Positions 23,610 through 35,952 of a stretch of 52,691 nucleotides of DNA are shown here, one piece after another. The notes beneath the pieces are model-generated. The model did not search any database. It worked only from the letters and a program-made list of their open reading frames with translations, and was not told the DNA's origin. Origin of the DNA: Atractiella rhizophila (taxonomy: Eukaryota); contig MU271296.1 in the NCBI GenBank assembly GCA_021432655.1, positions 13,631-66,321 of the forward strand. Reading direction: 5' to 3'. Numbering within the stretch: the stretch's first letter is position 1; the number at the start of each line of letters is the position of its first letter. The position numbers and the translations under genes are program-made.

Positions 23610-25608
23610 ATGGGAAATCGCAAACGAAAGACCCGGACGCACGTCCCTCCGCCACCGCCAAATGTCAACGGCCCGAACGCACCGAGCAAATCTTTTGTGG
23701 TCAGGACGGGCAAGGTCAGCAATTCGCTCAAGGAGCTGGTGAAGGATTTTAGAGGCGTCTTGGAGCCTAACACGGGGTCGAGGGTCCGAGTGCGTTGATC
23801 TCATTGCTAACTTTTCAGTCTTCAGTAACTCTTTTCAATAAAAACTACGTTAAAATCGACGTTGTGAGCTTGGATGGATCTGTCTCTTTGTCTTCTTCTC
23901 CCCATCACAACACTTAGTGTTAGCAGCGGACAACATGTTGAGACGTCACTGATCTCAAGTGCGAAATTGTTATGCTGCTGCATGTCTTGGGGAGCACTAC
24001 TATATGATGTCTCATTATGTAGACCATCTCGTCCAGTTTCATATCCGCTGTTCTCACAATATCTTGACCGTCAGACAGCAGTGTTAAGATCTTCATTCCC
24101 AACTAGATATGCAATGTCTTCGTTCTTACTAAAAAATTGGACTTACTTGAATGAATATATATTAAAGGATACTGAAATATGCGAACTACATTGGAGACTG
24201 TTGTTTTCATCAAGGCGTGCATGGCATAAATGTCACTTTCCGAAATTAGCAGCAGTCGTGCTCCTCTGAAGAGTCGTCTACTTTTCGTAACTAGAACAGC
24301 AATCGCAACTGCAAATCACTGATCGATGAGGTTAAACTGGGAATAGGAGCGAAAGTCGAACACTCTGCGGGACTACATATCCATCGCGCCAGCAGTCGGC
24401 GTCACCCACCTCTGTGTCTTCTCGCAACCGGACTCCAAAAGCGACGAACAGACCGGACTGCCTAATCTTAGGCTAACTCGACTTCCCAGAGGTCCGAGTC
24501 TGAGTTTCAAAGTCCTTCGATATTCTTTGAGGGCCGATATCATGCGGGTTTCGAAGCGGCCACATGGCAAAGGCAGGGAGATGGATACTGAACCTATCGT
24601 CCGTATCCCCTGTATTCTTTAAGAATGTCCCTCCTCATCTGACATCGCTTCCTTTCGATGTTACAGTTGATCCTCTCTTCATTTCCTCCGCCAGCGGAAA
24701 AGCCGACACCCGAGCAACACGCCCTCTCGCTCCTCACCACGACGATGCAATCTCTCTTTCCGCCGCTGAAAGTGCATTCCACCCCTCTCACCAACTTCCG
24801 ACGCGTCGTCCTCCTGTCCTACAATTCCAAAACCCGGACCATCCAATTCAGACACTACCTCATCTCCCTCCGTCCCGTCTCCGTCTCCAAGCGGGTTCGA
24901 AAGCTAGGAGCATCGCGTTCGAGAGGAGGGAGCGTGATCGACCTAGGGGATAGAGAGGACATAGCCGATTATATCTTACGACGCGCTCGCGCTCCCAGTG
25001 CGGCGAGCGAAGGGAGCGAGGGGACGTTGATGACGGAATATGCCAGCGAGAGCGAGACTGATTTCTCGGAGAGCGAGGCGGAGAGCAGTGGTGGATCTGG
25101 AAGCGAGAATGAAGGGAAACGCCCGGTGGCACTGCCTGGTGATTATATGGGTGGAGGGAAGAAGGGCACCCGGAAAGCTGTCGGCTTGGTCGAGCTTGGA
25201 CCGAGGATGGAGCTCGCGATGTGGAAGGTTGACAGTGGAGTTGTCGGCGGAGGAAAGGGGAGGGAGGGAGAGACGCTATGGCATGAAGTCGTGAAGAAGA
25301 CGGAGGCGGAGAAGAAGGAGATTAAGAAGAAGGCGGAGGAGAGAGAGAAGAGAAGAGAGGAGCACGAGAGGAAGATGGAAGAGAAGAAGAAAGAGAAAGG
25401 AAAGAAGGTACGGATCGCAAACGAAGATCAGGAGCAAGAGGAAGACGATGACGATGACGATGACGCGGACGATTCTGATGAGGACCAGGAAATGGAGGAA
25501 GATGACGATGACAGCGATCTGACCCCTATTCCTATGGATGAGGAGGACGAGGACGACTTTTCAGAAGAAGAGGATCAGCCTAGGAAGAAACAGAAGAGGA
25601 ACCGATGA
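23610..25608 (+). CDS. SSF1: Brix-domain ribosome biogenesis protein Ssf1/Peter Pan; intron 1 is 23790-24346, intron 2 ~24601-24666
   Basis: MGNRKRKTRTH...PKSFVVRTG...LVKDFRGVLEPNT spliced in phase to ERKSNTLRDY...GVTHL...RLPRGPSLSFKV; RRVVLLSY, IQFRHYLI, AVGLVELGPRM; acidic tail. Confidence 0.95.
23790..24346 (+). ncRNA. Candidate structured intronic RNA (multi-branched, closed by a terminal stem) in SSF1 intron 1
   Basis: 557-nt intron against ~50-nt typical length; at least three helical arms with G-U pairs on the sense strand (see findings). Confidence 0.45.
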
Positions 25609-27001
25609 AAGTTCACGTGATTATTCAGCTTTTCGAGTTGCAAAATGTCGCGGCACATTTTCTGACCTACCAGCCAACGGCATAAACTCTTCGTTCGTAT
25701 TCCGGGTCTTATTTGTGGCGCATTAAAGCATCAAGCCCACATAGAGAAAGCACGGCTTGAAATTTTGAGCATGCTCTCTTCCAACACATGTATTGCGTAA
25801 TTTTCAAGTTGGAAAATTATGAGAGACGGTTGACGGAAATCAAAGCAACTGGTTGAGCGTGAGGCCTGAGATCCTGCAACCTGCCACTACAGAGTCCAAA
25901 AATATTCAAAACAGAACACCATCGAATTTACTATCGAAATTAGGATGCCCGGGCTGACACATTCAATGTCTGGAAATTTGGAGACTGAGGAAAGAACGGC
26001 GTCTGCAGTTGAAGGAGTACACAGTACAAGTCAGGGATTGCCCGAGGAAAAGCGGGAGCTGCCCAGCCCAATTCAGTACTTGCAGCCTCACCCTAGGTAG
26101 ACATTCTGGAGAATCTCAGACTCAGACCGTTGAGAGAAGAGGGGAAAAAAACTGCAGTTTACACTGTTGGTGGTTGGTTGGATATGGTTGGATTCAAATA
26201 GACGTCGGACATTTACTGGATCACCCAACTACATTGTACGTAAAGAGCTGTTAACTGGGATTCCCTGGCACACATATATGGTACAGTATCGAGCTTCGAG
26301 GTCACCTTGCTTTCGGTCGATGTCGGTCACACAGCAGAGAGCTTAAGCTTATGTAAAGAGAATTCCTTGACCTATTGACCCAGCCTCCTCTAATCAATTT
26401 TGTAATGGCTTTGATGATGTGACGTTTCCTTTACGGATTGTCGGAGACTCGAATGGAATTTCATGCTCGCAGGACTGTTTCCCAAGACTTTCCAATATGT
26501 AGTCAACGGAATAAGTAACCGTGATGCTTCCCATGGTGTGATAAAACTTAGGTGATATTAGTTGAAGAACTTCTCTTCGGCTTAGTGTAATGATCGTCAT
26601 CAAAAGATTAAAGATAAACTTCATCGCAGCTTTATCCAACACGCATGTGCACATGCACGCGCATGGGTCAACCTCCATTCTCTTTCATAACCGATGTGAT
26701 ATCGTGATCTCAAAGCTGTCAACCAGACCTGTCCAGGTGGATAGTGGATATTACGCTCCCAACATGTCTCAACCCAACATTTGCCCTTCACTTCCGACAG
26801 ACTTTAATATCCGGCGGGTGCCCATAGTTCATGAGTTCATCGGCTTCACGTGTATTGTTGTGTCCTTCAATTTAATTTAACACCGCTGTAAATACACCAA
26901 CCCTCTCGACCGAACTGGTTTCAGTCCCAGTCTGTGAAGCCACCGTGACCACTTCCCAGCTCTTCCAGCTCTCATCGTTTTCCCTTTCATCTTTTGCAAA
27001 G

Positions 27002-29392
27002 ATGTCGCCACTAGGGGTCGAGGAGCCAAACCGTACAGCTGCAAGCACACCTGGAACGCTTGTCCAAAATGAGGAGCAAAGGCTTTCAGACGAGTCTGCT
27101 TTCCCCATCGAAAAGAAACAGTCCACAGGAAATCTTCGTGGGAGCCACGACGCGATGGACGTCGAGGAGGTCGCCATTGACGTGGGAGTGTCTGGTCTGG
27201 GGGAGAAGGGGAAAGCGTCGTACACACAGTTGCCCTTGGAAGTTTCGGATGAGCAGGACCCCGAAAGCAAGTATCTTACCGGGATCCCTCTCGTCCTCGT
27301 CTCCATCTCCCTCCTCCTCGCCATCTTCCTCATAGCTCTCGACCAAACCATCATCGCGCCCGCCCTGCCCGTCATCGTATCTCGTTTCAACGCACTCGAA
27401 GAAATAGGATGGACCAGTTTCGCATACTTCCTAACGCAGACCTCGTTCATGTTGATTGCTGGCACGATATTGAACATCTTCGATCGAAAATGGGCTTTCA
27501 TTTGGGCCGTATTCATCTTTTCTCTCGGTTCCCTGTTCTGTGCAGTCGCCTGGAACGTCGAATTCCTCATCTTCGGCAGGGCGGTCTCTGGAGTCGGAGC
27601 GGCTGGTATCTTTGTCGGGTGTCTCTCGATGATTGCAGAAGTAGCGAAAGTGGAGCATCGTCCGCTGATCCTTGGAGGCTTTGGCGCCGTCTTCGCCATT
27701 TCCAGGTTCGCTCATTACCGTTTCTCCCATTCATTCGCAGCTAATTTGAGCGCAGTGTCATCGGGCCATTGATGGGAGGAGCATTCACTGGTTCAGCTTT
27801 TCATCCGTATCTTCTCAGGAACGTCCTGATTCATAAGATTTCTAGATCACGTCTCCTGGCGCTGGTGCTTCTACATCAATCTTCCAGTCGGCGTCATCAC
27901 CATTGGCTCCATTTTCGTGCTGATCAAACCAGCGACCCCTGCCCCACTCCCCACAGAAGTAGTGAATCTCACCCGTAGCCGATTTGGATGGTTCCTCAGA
28001 ATCTTTGGTCGCTTCGGGACGGATCCCAGAAGCATCCTCTTCCGTCTGTTCGCACTCGATTTAGGTGGATCCCTCATCATGCTTGGTTTGGTCACTTGCC
28101 TCTTACTGCCTTTGCAATGGGGAGGTCCGTTCATGTTTCCTCTACTGTTTCATGGTAGATGCGTTGAACTGACGGGAAATATAGGCAACAAGTACCCTTG
28201 GAACGATAAGATCATCATTGGTCTCTTCGCTGGAGCTGTAGGCATCATACCCGTTTTCATCCTCTGTTCGTGAATCATCCACAATCTCTGTCATGGACTG
28301 ATGCATTTGTAGACGAGTATAAATTCGCCGGACCATTCCGCATGCTTCCTTTCGAGCTCTTCAAACAGAGGACACAGATGGGAGCAAGCTGTGCCGCTTT
28401 CTTCAGCTTCTGGAGTTTGATCTTCACAATCTATTACCTGCCTCTGTAATCCTTTACTCTCCATCCGAAAACATGAGAGGTCTCATTTGATCTGCTTTAG
28501 GTACTTCCAGGCTGTCAATGGTCATTCTGCAACAAGGTCGGGGATCGATATTCTGCCCTACATGGTCGGCGTAGTCACCTTCTCCGCCATTTCAGGCATC
28601 GCCATCACCTGTTTGTCCTCCTTGCATTTCATCTCTTAAAAGACCATCTGACGAGACTGAAACAGTAACTGGTCACTACTGGTTCATCATCGTCTGCACT
28701 CCTGCCTTCCTCTGCGTAGGATCGGGTCTGCTCTACACCCTCAAAGTCGATGCATCAAATGCCGAGCTGTACGGATACCAAGTCCTAGTCGCAATAGGAA
28801 TCGGCTGCGTTTTCCAGATTTTGATTCTGCCCGTCCAAGCACAAGTGAAGGATGAGAGGGACATACCAATCGCTACCGCCCTATATAACTTCATTCAATC
28901 TCTCGGAGCCGTCATTGGTCTCGCGTTGGCCAACACGCTCTTCTCGAACAAGCTCACGAGCGGCTTGCACAAGTTTGCTCCTGATGCTCCTTTCGAATTG
29001 GCAAGTTACTCTCCTTTCTCGACTGCTACTCGCTGACGGGAGGAATAGGTCCGAAACAGTGTGGAGAGTATCAAGACAATCGTAAGCTAGCTTCTTCCGA
29101 GCAGCGCCAATTGGATTTTGATTGTGCATATAGGACCCTGCTCTTCGTCCAGGCGTCATTGAAGCTTACGTCTATGCGCTTGATTATACCTACCTACTAG
29201 GTAAGAGTCTCATTTCCGACTCTTGGATACACCGGCTGAAAAATATGAACAGGAGTTGGAACAGGAGCAGGCATTATAATCTGCTCCCTGTTTGTAAAAA
29301 ACATCAAGTTCGTTCTTTCTCCTCCATGTGATCCATACTGATAAAGGGTCAACAGCATCAAATCGAAAAAACCTGGTATCGGTGCGGTATAA
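27002..29392 (+). CDS. MFS drug:H+ antiporter, DHA2 (14-TMS) family; multi-exon
   Basis: [79 protein letters not shown]; stop at 29390-29392. Confidence 0.93.
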
Positions 29393-29814
29393 GCTGGCTT
29401 CTACGCTACCATTGCTACATTCCTTTACATTCCACTCCTTCCCCTTCTTTTCGTTCTTGTCAGTGGTAGTGCCTCGCTTTGTTAGTCATCGGTTTATATC
29501 GCCTTCTTTTTTTTTTAACTTTCCCCATTTGTATCGGTGTGTAAGTCTTCATTGGAATTGACTTTATGGATCGTAGAGCTTGGTGGATTCTACCAGTAAA
29601 TAATTGAAATGGATACCTGATAAAGGTCGAATATTAACCCAATTGTCAACTAATCAACGCTTGAGATTGATGAGAGTGGTCAAGGCAAGTTAAGCTGGAG
29701 CATGAATATCGTAACACTTTGATAAATTCCACAAGACTTGCGACAACATTTCACATTGACAAATACAGAAAGGACGTTTGTACTTCAATATTTCGATCCA
29801 GTTTCGTACTGCAC

Positions 29815-31689
29815 TCAACACGGTCCGTCTGCATACCTAATCAGTTTTTCTGGGCTGTGGAAGAACTCGACTTACATTTAGCCGTTGCAGTCATCCCGTC
29901 TATTCCAGAAGTCGCGGTCTGGACACCAAACACGCTTCCTCCTTGGTTTGGAGCATACCAGACTGAGCCCTGATAAAAAGCAACCGGTGAGTAACCGAGC
30001 CTGCATTGCGAGTGATAGAAACATACGCAAATGTTGTCCGATCCGGTACCTTGTGAGAAACCGTCAGTTAAGAGTATACAGGGTCGAAGAGAAGAAAGTA
30101 CCGTAATGGATGATGGCACTCGCTTGATCTCCAATGAAGCGCTGATACTTCGCAGTTCGAGCGGGATCGTTCACTTCGTCAAGATAATACTGCAAGTGTT
30201 TCATGAAGATTCCCTAAAAGGCCAGCGGGATGGCTTCCATTATCTCCTTGCCTCTGATTGGGAGAAGAAACGCGGACCTTGAAGCATTTCTGGTCGTTGT
30301 TGCACACCGACGTGTTTGGCACGGGATTATCGCATGATTCCCTAAGGATGCCATTGACGGTTAATTTGGAGATTGCGGCATCCAGCGTCTTCTCAGCTTC
30401 GGTGAATAGTGAGGGGTTGTTCGTTGCCCTTCCAAGTGCTCCAAGTCCACTAGCGATCACAGCTACATCGGTAGTGAGAAACAGCTAGCTCTGAACTCGA
30501 AAATACCTTGATTATAAAGCCATGTCGTCTAGCAATATACTGATCACATTGGACGCCGGATAGGAAGGAGACATACTTGTCCGTTGTTTTGACAGCTGGA
30601 CGTCAGCCCATCATTCCAGAGATTGTCCGCATTCCTCATTCCGGAGTTCTTCACTGTCTCCCTAAAGTGAGTCTCCCGCTTCAGGCACAAGCAAAATATT
30701 TGAACCCACGCCAGTTCCATGCCTATCATTGAATATTCTTAGATGGAGTGGCTTGAGGGAACAAAGCTTACTTTGTTGGCGTTATCTAGGTAGTTTTGCC
30801 CGAATCCTCTCAGGTATCCTTTCGCGGACACGTAGAGGAATTGCTCATTCGTAACAGCGTTTTTATAATCTCTCGCGCTGCTCCACCACACTGTAGCATT
30901 CTGATCAGACTTGCACGTTCAGGAACGCAGAGTTGCGCACTCCCACCACCGCACCTGCAGAACCATCAGCTTTGAAATGGTAGGTAGCAGGCATACGTCG
31001 ATGTATCCCATTGGCGCTCTACAACGGAATAGATCGACTTTGCAGCATTCTGTTTGACCCCTAATTCATTACACGCGCTTGGATCAAGGATCAACCTACA
31101 ATCCATCTGGAGGCATCCTGACCTCTGGAGGATTTGTAGTCCGCTACCTTCCAAAAAGCCATGATGAACCACTATTATACACAATATCACTAAAGCTCGT
31201 CTTTCAGAGACATTAGTCATACCTGCGCATCATCATATGATCCAGCAATATAGCTTTCCCAATTTGTATCCGCGTTAACGACTCGGGTCCACCAAGACCC
31301 CTCTGTTACGGTCGCTGCGAAATCGTTGTCGTTTGCCCCGAGCATGATATTGTGGATAGTCTCAAGCGTTATCTGTTCACAGTTCTAATCAGCGTATGGG
31401 GAAATGAAAGAATAAAGTAGAGTGTACGGCATCCGTCCAGTGAATGCCACCGTTCCAAACTCCAGTAGAAGCGACATAATAGTGATCCTGCATGGAGTGA
31501 ACTCGACCCTTAACCAGATCGCCATCAGCAGACCTCCCTTGTTGGAGGGAAGCAAGAGGAATAGCTGACAATTGCATTGTCTAACGAAGACTGGCATTGT
31601 GCTCGCTTCTCCAGGTGGGCTTCCTGTTCAACGAGAGGTATTCCCCAAACAAGGGCAGCCAGCAATGCAACTCGAATGCAGGTCCTCAT
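29815..31689 (-). CDS. Secreted glycoside hydrolase family 76 (alpha-1,6-mannanase/Dcw1-Dfg5-like); multi-exon
   Basis: Signal peptide MRTCIRVALLAALVWG plus KR site; catalytic GSYDDAQW; CGGG.WW; YKNAVTNEQF; LWNDGL; TWLYNQ; NGILRESC; ends AKYGPC*. Confidence 0.9.
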
Positions 31690-32830
31690 GTTCTATCTTT
31701 TCGCCCCAAGGAGCAAGGAAGTGGACAACTTCATGGGTCCTGACTTGACTGCTTTATAGCGTGATTCCTGTTTAGCGTCAGGAGCCAGGTTTCGAAAGTC
31801 GTGGGTGGCAGGAGACTGCTAGCTTGCAATCAGCTGTCGACAGTGGGGTATTGTGGGGTTCATCGCGTGTTGGTGGGAGGGTTGATCTCATCAGGGATGA
31901 GTAGATCCATACCTGGTCCTGTTCGTTATTGTGAGCTAAAGGTCGCCTGCTTGTGCGCTTTGAAATAATAGAATCCAGACCAGATTGAGATATTGATAGC
32001 CCGAATATAAGCTGCCATAGTCATATGTGGATGTTCAAACATGATCTCAGTTCCAAAAAAAATTAACAACATAGATGTATACCAGTTCTTCTCTTCCGTA
32101 TCCTTGTGCAACTGACTTTCACCACAAATCCTCAGAGTCGGGTGATATTGATCATTTCACTACACTAAAGGGGTCCAAAAGCAACAATTCTGTGTACTTT
32201 TGTAAAGTATGATCCGTTATGGCTTAGGCTTTAGCTAGGTTGGACACTTCCGTTAAGACCAATATATCCCTACGAATTGAGCTAAATTTGAAATGTGAAA
32301 CATATATGATATATGATGGTATCATGATATGCCTTTACTGCGTGGGTAGAAGGTAGAATATAGTGGAAGAAGCGACAGAATTGGAAAAAGGGTGACGTCG
32401 TCGCCATCGCTCAAGGCAACTGGGGTAGGTAGCACTTGCTCTCATTGGGTGTTCACACCGGATTCACCCTGTCGAGCTACACCATTGGTCGATGATGATT
32501 TGATGGACACAAGTTGTCACATACATTTTTTCATAGAAAAATGTAGACGCGCCCAAACCCTAACTTTTCATGAATAGATGCAGTCTTTAGAACACTCTGT
32601 CCCGAAAGGTTAGAACAGAACCAGATGGATGCATTGGGATACGTCGAATGTGGAGTATGTTGCTAGCTGAACAGCATCTTAGAGAGATTCTGGATGCGAA
32701 TGCTGTCGACAGCAAGGCTGATTAGGGTCGAAGTTCTTGGAAAAGAATGTAATAGATTCCCAAAAGATGCTAGCACATCACAGCTCAAATACCAATACCA
32801 TTGCGTAAGCTGCAATCATAAAATCCTACA

Positions 32831-33676
32831 TTACTCGTAGAACCAGTAGTCGGCTTGGTAAGCCTAGAAACATGACCTCAATTCCTGCATTGTCAAGCAA
32901 AGAAATTGGCCTACCACTTCGAGCTGCTCTCCCTCAGTCGTGCAGGTAGCTGGGGGTTGACCAAGAGAGGTTTTAACCCTGTCGCATGAGAGTCAGATAA
33001 CATTCTCCCTACCGTACTCCAGACGCACCTGAAGACCGTGGATGCCAAATCACCGTCGGTCTGGGTAAGTTGAAGCCACGGGACGTCCTGTGCACCTGTA
33101 GGAGCAGTGATGGATCCGGCCTTGCTGACGACAACGAAACCATTGCCAGAGGAAGTGAAGTCGAACTTGGGGGCGATACCCGTGCCAGAAGTGATAAAAT
33201 AATGTTGTCCTGTTATGATTCAACAGTCATCAGAATCAAAGAGATTAACTTGAAACCAGACGCACCTAATACAGCTCCACGGCCGCCAGATGGTCGCCCT
33301 CTTTGCCTCTTCTCCATCCTTCGTCCACCGGACGCCCGCCCAGTAGTGCAGGACACATCGACAAGAGTAGCAACGGCTCCAGCGCTGGCGTATACTCCAT
33401 TAGTGCAAGTATAGTTCTAATTGAGAAGGTAAGGTGGAGTAAAAGTGGAGAGAGCGAGACCCGCCTGAGTTCCCATTCTGTACCACCACGTCAATACGTC
33501 TTCGCAGGCACAACAACAGAGGCATACCCATGGGTGACGAAAACTGGAACCTGTCCTGCCGGAACAGAGATGGCGGCGCCAGCAGGGAGAGGAATTTGCG
33601 CCTTTGAGACATCGCATTGCGATTGAGCGAAAGCGAGGGGGAGGAGGACAGCAAAAACAGCGGTGAAGGAAAGCAT
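32831..33676 (-). CDS. Small secreted DUF3455-family protein; multi-exon with a 13-nt microexon (33465-33477)
   Basis: Signal peptide MLSFTAVFAVLLPLAFA; G.GTQNYTC, AGAVATLVDVSC, GQHYF, PKFDFT, DVPWLQL, RVKTSLGQPPATC, YQADYWFY*. Confidence 0.85.
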
Positions 33677-34418
33677 CTTCAAAAAATTGTCGACTTTGCA
33701 AAAGGACTTGGACGAAGTTTACGGATCAAGACTTGACGGAGCAAGCAAAAGACCAAATGGAAAAGGAACGGGAGTACGCTGTACTAAGAGTTGCAGAGCA
33801 GTGATGGGCGTCAAAAGATGAGCGGGGTGAGGCTTTTTACCCATCTCGGCCAAAAACGTATAGCGGACTTTGTTCGATCAATAAATCATCACCGGACTCC
33901 TAGTTTGTGGAAAAGTCCTCATCTCCACCCCGCCGTCGATTGAAGCGAGACACGTCTGAACATGCCGTCAACTGCGAAGTGCAGCAGAGTGTTCATCGGG
34001 GGAAACAAGCGGTGCGTTGAGCGGGAGCGTCGTCCCGCAAAATGAATCCGCCTTCTTCCACCGCACAAACCCAGCCGGTGAAACACCTTTCTAATTCAAA
34101 GCTCGGCGGTCTTCTGTCGTGTAAGCCGCAAAGCGGGAATGACTAGGTGATCTTGCGAACGAGAGAAGAGGAAACTTTCGAACTGCAATGTAGGTGGTCG
34201 CTAAGAAACGAGAATTGAAAGACAATGGTTTGAGTGTCTCGACAAAGGTCCAGAAGTTTGAACACCATAAACGATGAATGTCCTTGCATGTCGCATAAGA
34301 AAGAACAAGAGCGATATCCTTTAATGTGATCCTCCAATTGCAGGCTTGCCTCGACTCAAACCGATAACTAGAACCTGAGCGGCATTGCATTTGGAAAGGT
34401 GATTCACGCAGAGTCCAA

Positions 34419-35666
34419 TCAGGCCAAATCGGCCGTGTCAACCTGAGTAAAGGTTGGAACAGCAAAGGTCGTGCGTTTGAAGTTTTCGACAGCTTTCAGG
34501 AACCCATCCATCTTTAACGGTGTCTTCTCATCACGCAGAAAGATCCTAACGTTCTTTCCTTGTCCCAGACAGAGTTTACAGAGTTCCACTAAATCGTCCG
34601 TCTCTGGGCCATCCAGTAAGGAATCTTCTTGAATAGGCAGATGGACCATTCCGAAACACATCATCCTCTCCCTCCTTCTCACAATGTCTAGTAATTGGGA
34701 GGCAGACTCCAAGTATACTCCGTCGGTTCTAAGAGAGGTGACTTCCAGAGGAAGGATTGAAAAAATGGAGGACTGAAGACGATGTGGATAGTCCGACAAA
34801 GAGAGACTTGAGAGCTTTGTGCACTTGGCAAGGGTGGGCAAGAGAGCGTCGTGGAGCCCTCCTTCCAGGACGCTTGAATGTAGCGGTTTACCTTTCCGGA
34901 ATTCTATGTTAAATATCTCTAACGTAGGCGAGGAAGCTTCTAGTGCGTTCAAAAGAGCAGACGAGGTAAAACCCTCACACCATAGGAGGCGGAGAGAGCG
35001 GAGGGGGTGCTTGGAGAGGAAGAGTAAAGACGAATCGGAGAGGTTGGTTACACGTAAATTTACCGCATGGAGCGAGAATGGAAACTCGAATTCTGGAGAG
35101 GATAGTGAAGGCAGGTCGAGACCAAAGAGGTCGATTTCTCTGAGATGTGTCCAAGTAGTGAGACTCTGCATGAGAGCAACCGGATAACCTTCCAGTCGAG
35201 TGACCATACTCTGGAACGAATGAACCGGCGAGTCTCGAAGGATGCGTCCTAAGCGTTGAGAGACATCGAGAGCGAGCTGTTGAGGTATGTTACCGATGTC
35301 GCAGAATATGACTAGATGTCGAAGATTCTTCAACCTCGCCAAAATCTCTCCCAATTCCCTTGTCTGCACCGCAGGCTCATCCCGATCCCACATCCTAAAC
35401 CTCGTCTCCAATTTTCTGACCCATCCAGCTGGGAGATCAGAGTCGTTGGCTTTCAACAGATTGTTGAAGTCCGAGAAAGCGTTCGGAGTCCTCAGTGTGA
35501 CTTTGAGCCAAAGGAAAGGACGTGCCAGCCGAAAGAAGTGCTTTGAGACGAGACAGAGTGATCGGATGGACCAACGCGGGAAGAATGTTGCTTCGGCTTG
35601 CTGGTGGATCAATTGGAGAACTATTGGAAGGACATGGTCCAAGAGGAGTTCGAATGGAGTCGACAT
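34419..35666 (-). CDS. F-box-like / RNI-like leucine-rich protein, single exon
   Basis: 415-aa ORF; N-terminal IRSLCLVSKHFFRLARPFLWLKVTL resembles fungal F-box-like segments, followed by LxxLxL repeats (LKNLRHLVI, LRSLRL, LSSLSL). Confidence 0.75.
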   Translation of the reverse strand: MSTPFELLLDHVLPIVLQLIHQQAEATFFPRWSIRSLCLVSKHFFRLARPFLWLKVTLRTPNAFSDFNNLLKANDSDLPAGWVRKLETRFRMWDRDEPAVQTRELGEILARLKNLRHLVIFCDIGNIPQQLALDVSQRLGRILRDSPVHSFQSMVTRLEGYPVALMQSLTTWTHLREIDLFGLDLPSLSSPEFEFPFSLHAVNLRVTNLSDSSLLFLSKHPLRSLRLLWCEGFTSSALLNALEASSPTLEIFNIEFRKGKPLHSSVLEGGLHDALLPTLAKCTKLSSLSLSDYPHRLQSSIFSILPLEVTSLRTDGVYLESASQLLDIVRRRERMMCFGMVHLPIQEDSLLDGPETDDLVELCKLCLGQGKNVRIFLRDEKTPLKMDGFLKAVENFKRTTFAVPTFTQVDTADLA

Positions 35667-35952
35667 CAGGGTGTAAGAGAACAGACGAGGTGTTACGGGA
35701 TCCTGCCAGTATGTCTGGCAGGAGGTTGTTTGGGGGATTGTACCTATGTACTTATACTTGCCTACACCTTTGAAGGTTGGTGCAATTGGTTCAAGTCAAG
35801 TGTGAGTCGGAAGCGAACTGGGACAGGTACTGCACGTGATAGTATAGTGACAGTATAGTATGTGAAGTAGTATTGACATTAATGCTAACATCTGCATCGA
35901 GAGATTGTAATACATCGCCTCCAAGTGTGGCAGTTCCGTCGATTTCGATGAT

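Noticed and set aside
23790..23825. Mini-intron or stwintron signal (GTGCGT..GCTAAC..CAG) at the start of the SSF1 intron
   Set aside because: Only 29-36 nt long, and its removal does not rebuild a donor or an open frame.
17213..24346. Telomerase RNA, RNase P/MRP, U3, snR30, group I intron, hammerhead ribozyme or TPP riboswitch as identity of the structured introns
   Set aside because: No CCCTAA-type template, P4/CR-I/CR-V, U3 box A, m1/m2, P7/S, CUGANGA..GAAA or TPP aptamer motif was found by eye; a covariance-model search is still needed.
26643..26656. 14-bp perfect palindrome GCATGTGCACATGC upstream of the MFS gene
   Set aside because: Single occurrence with no supporting context; compatible with chance.
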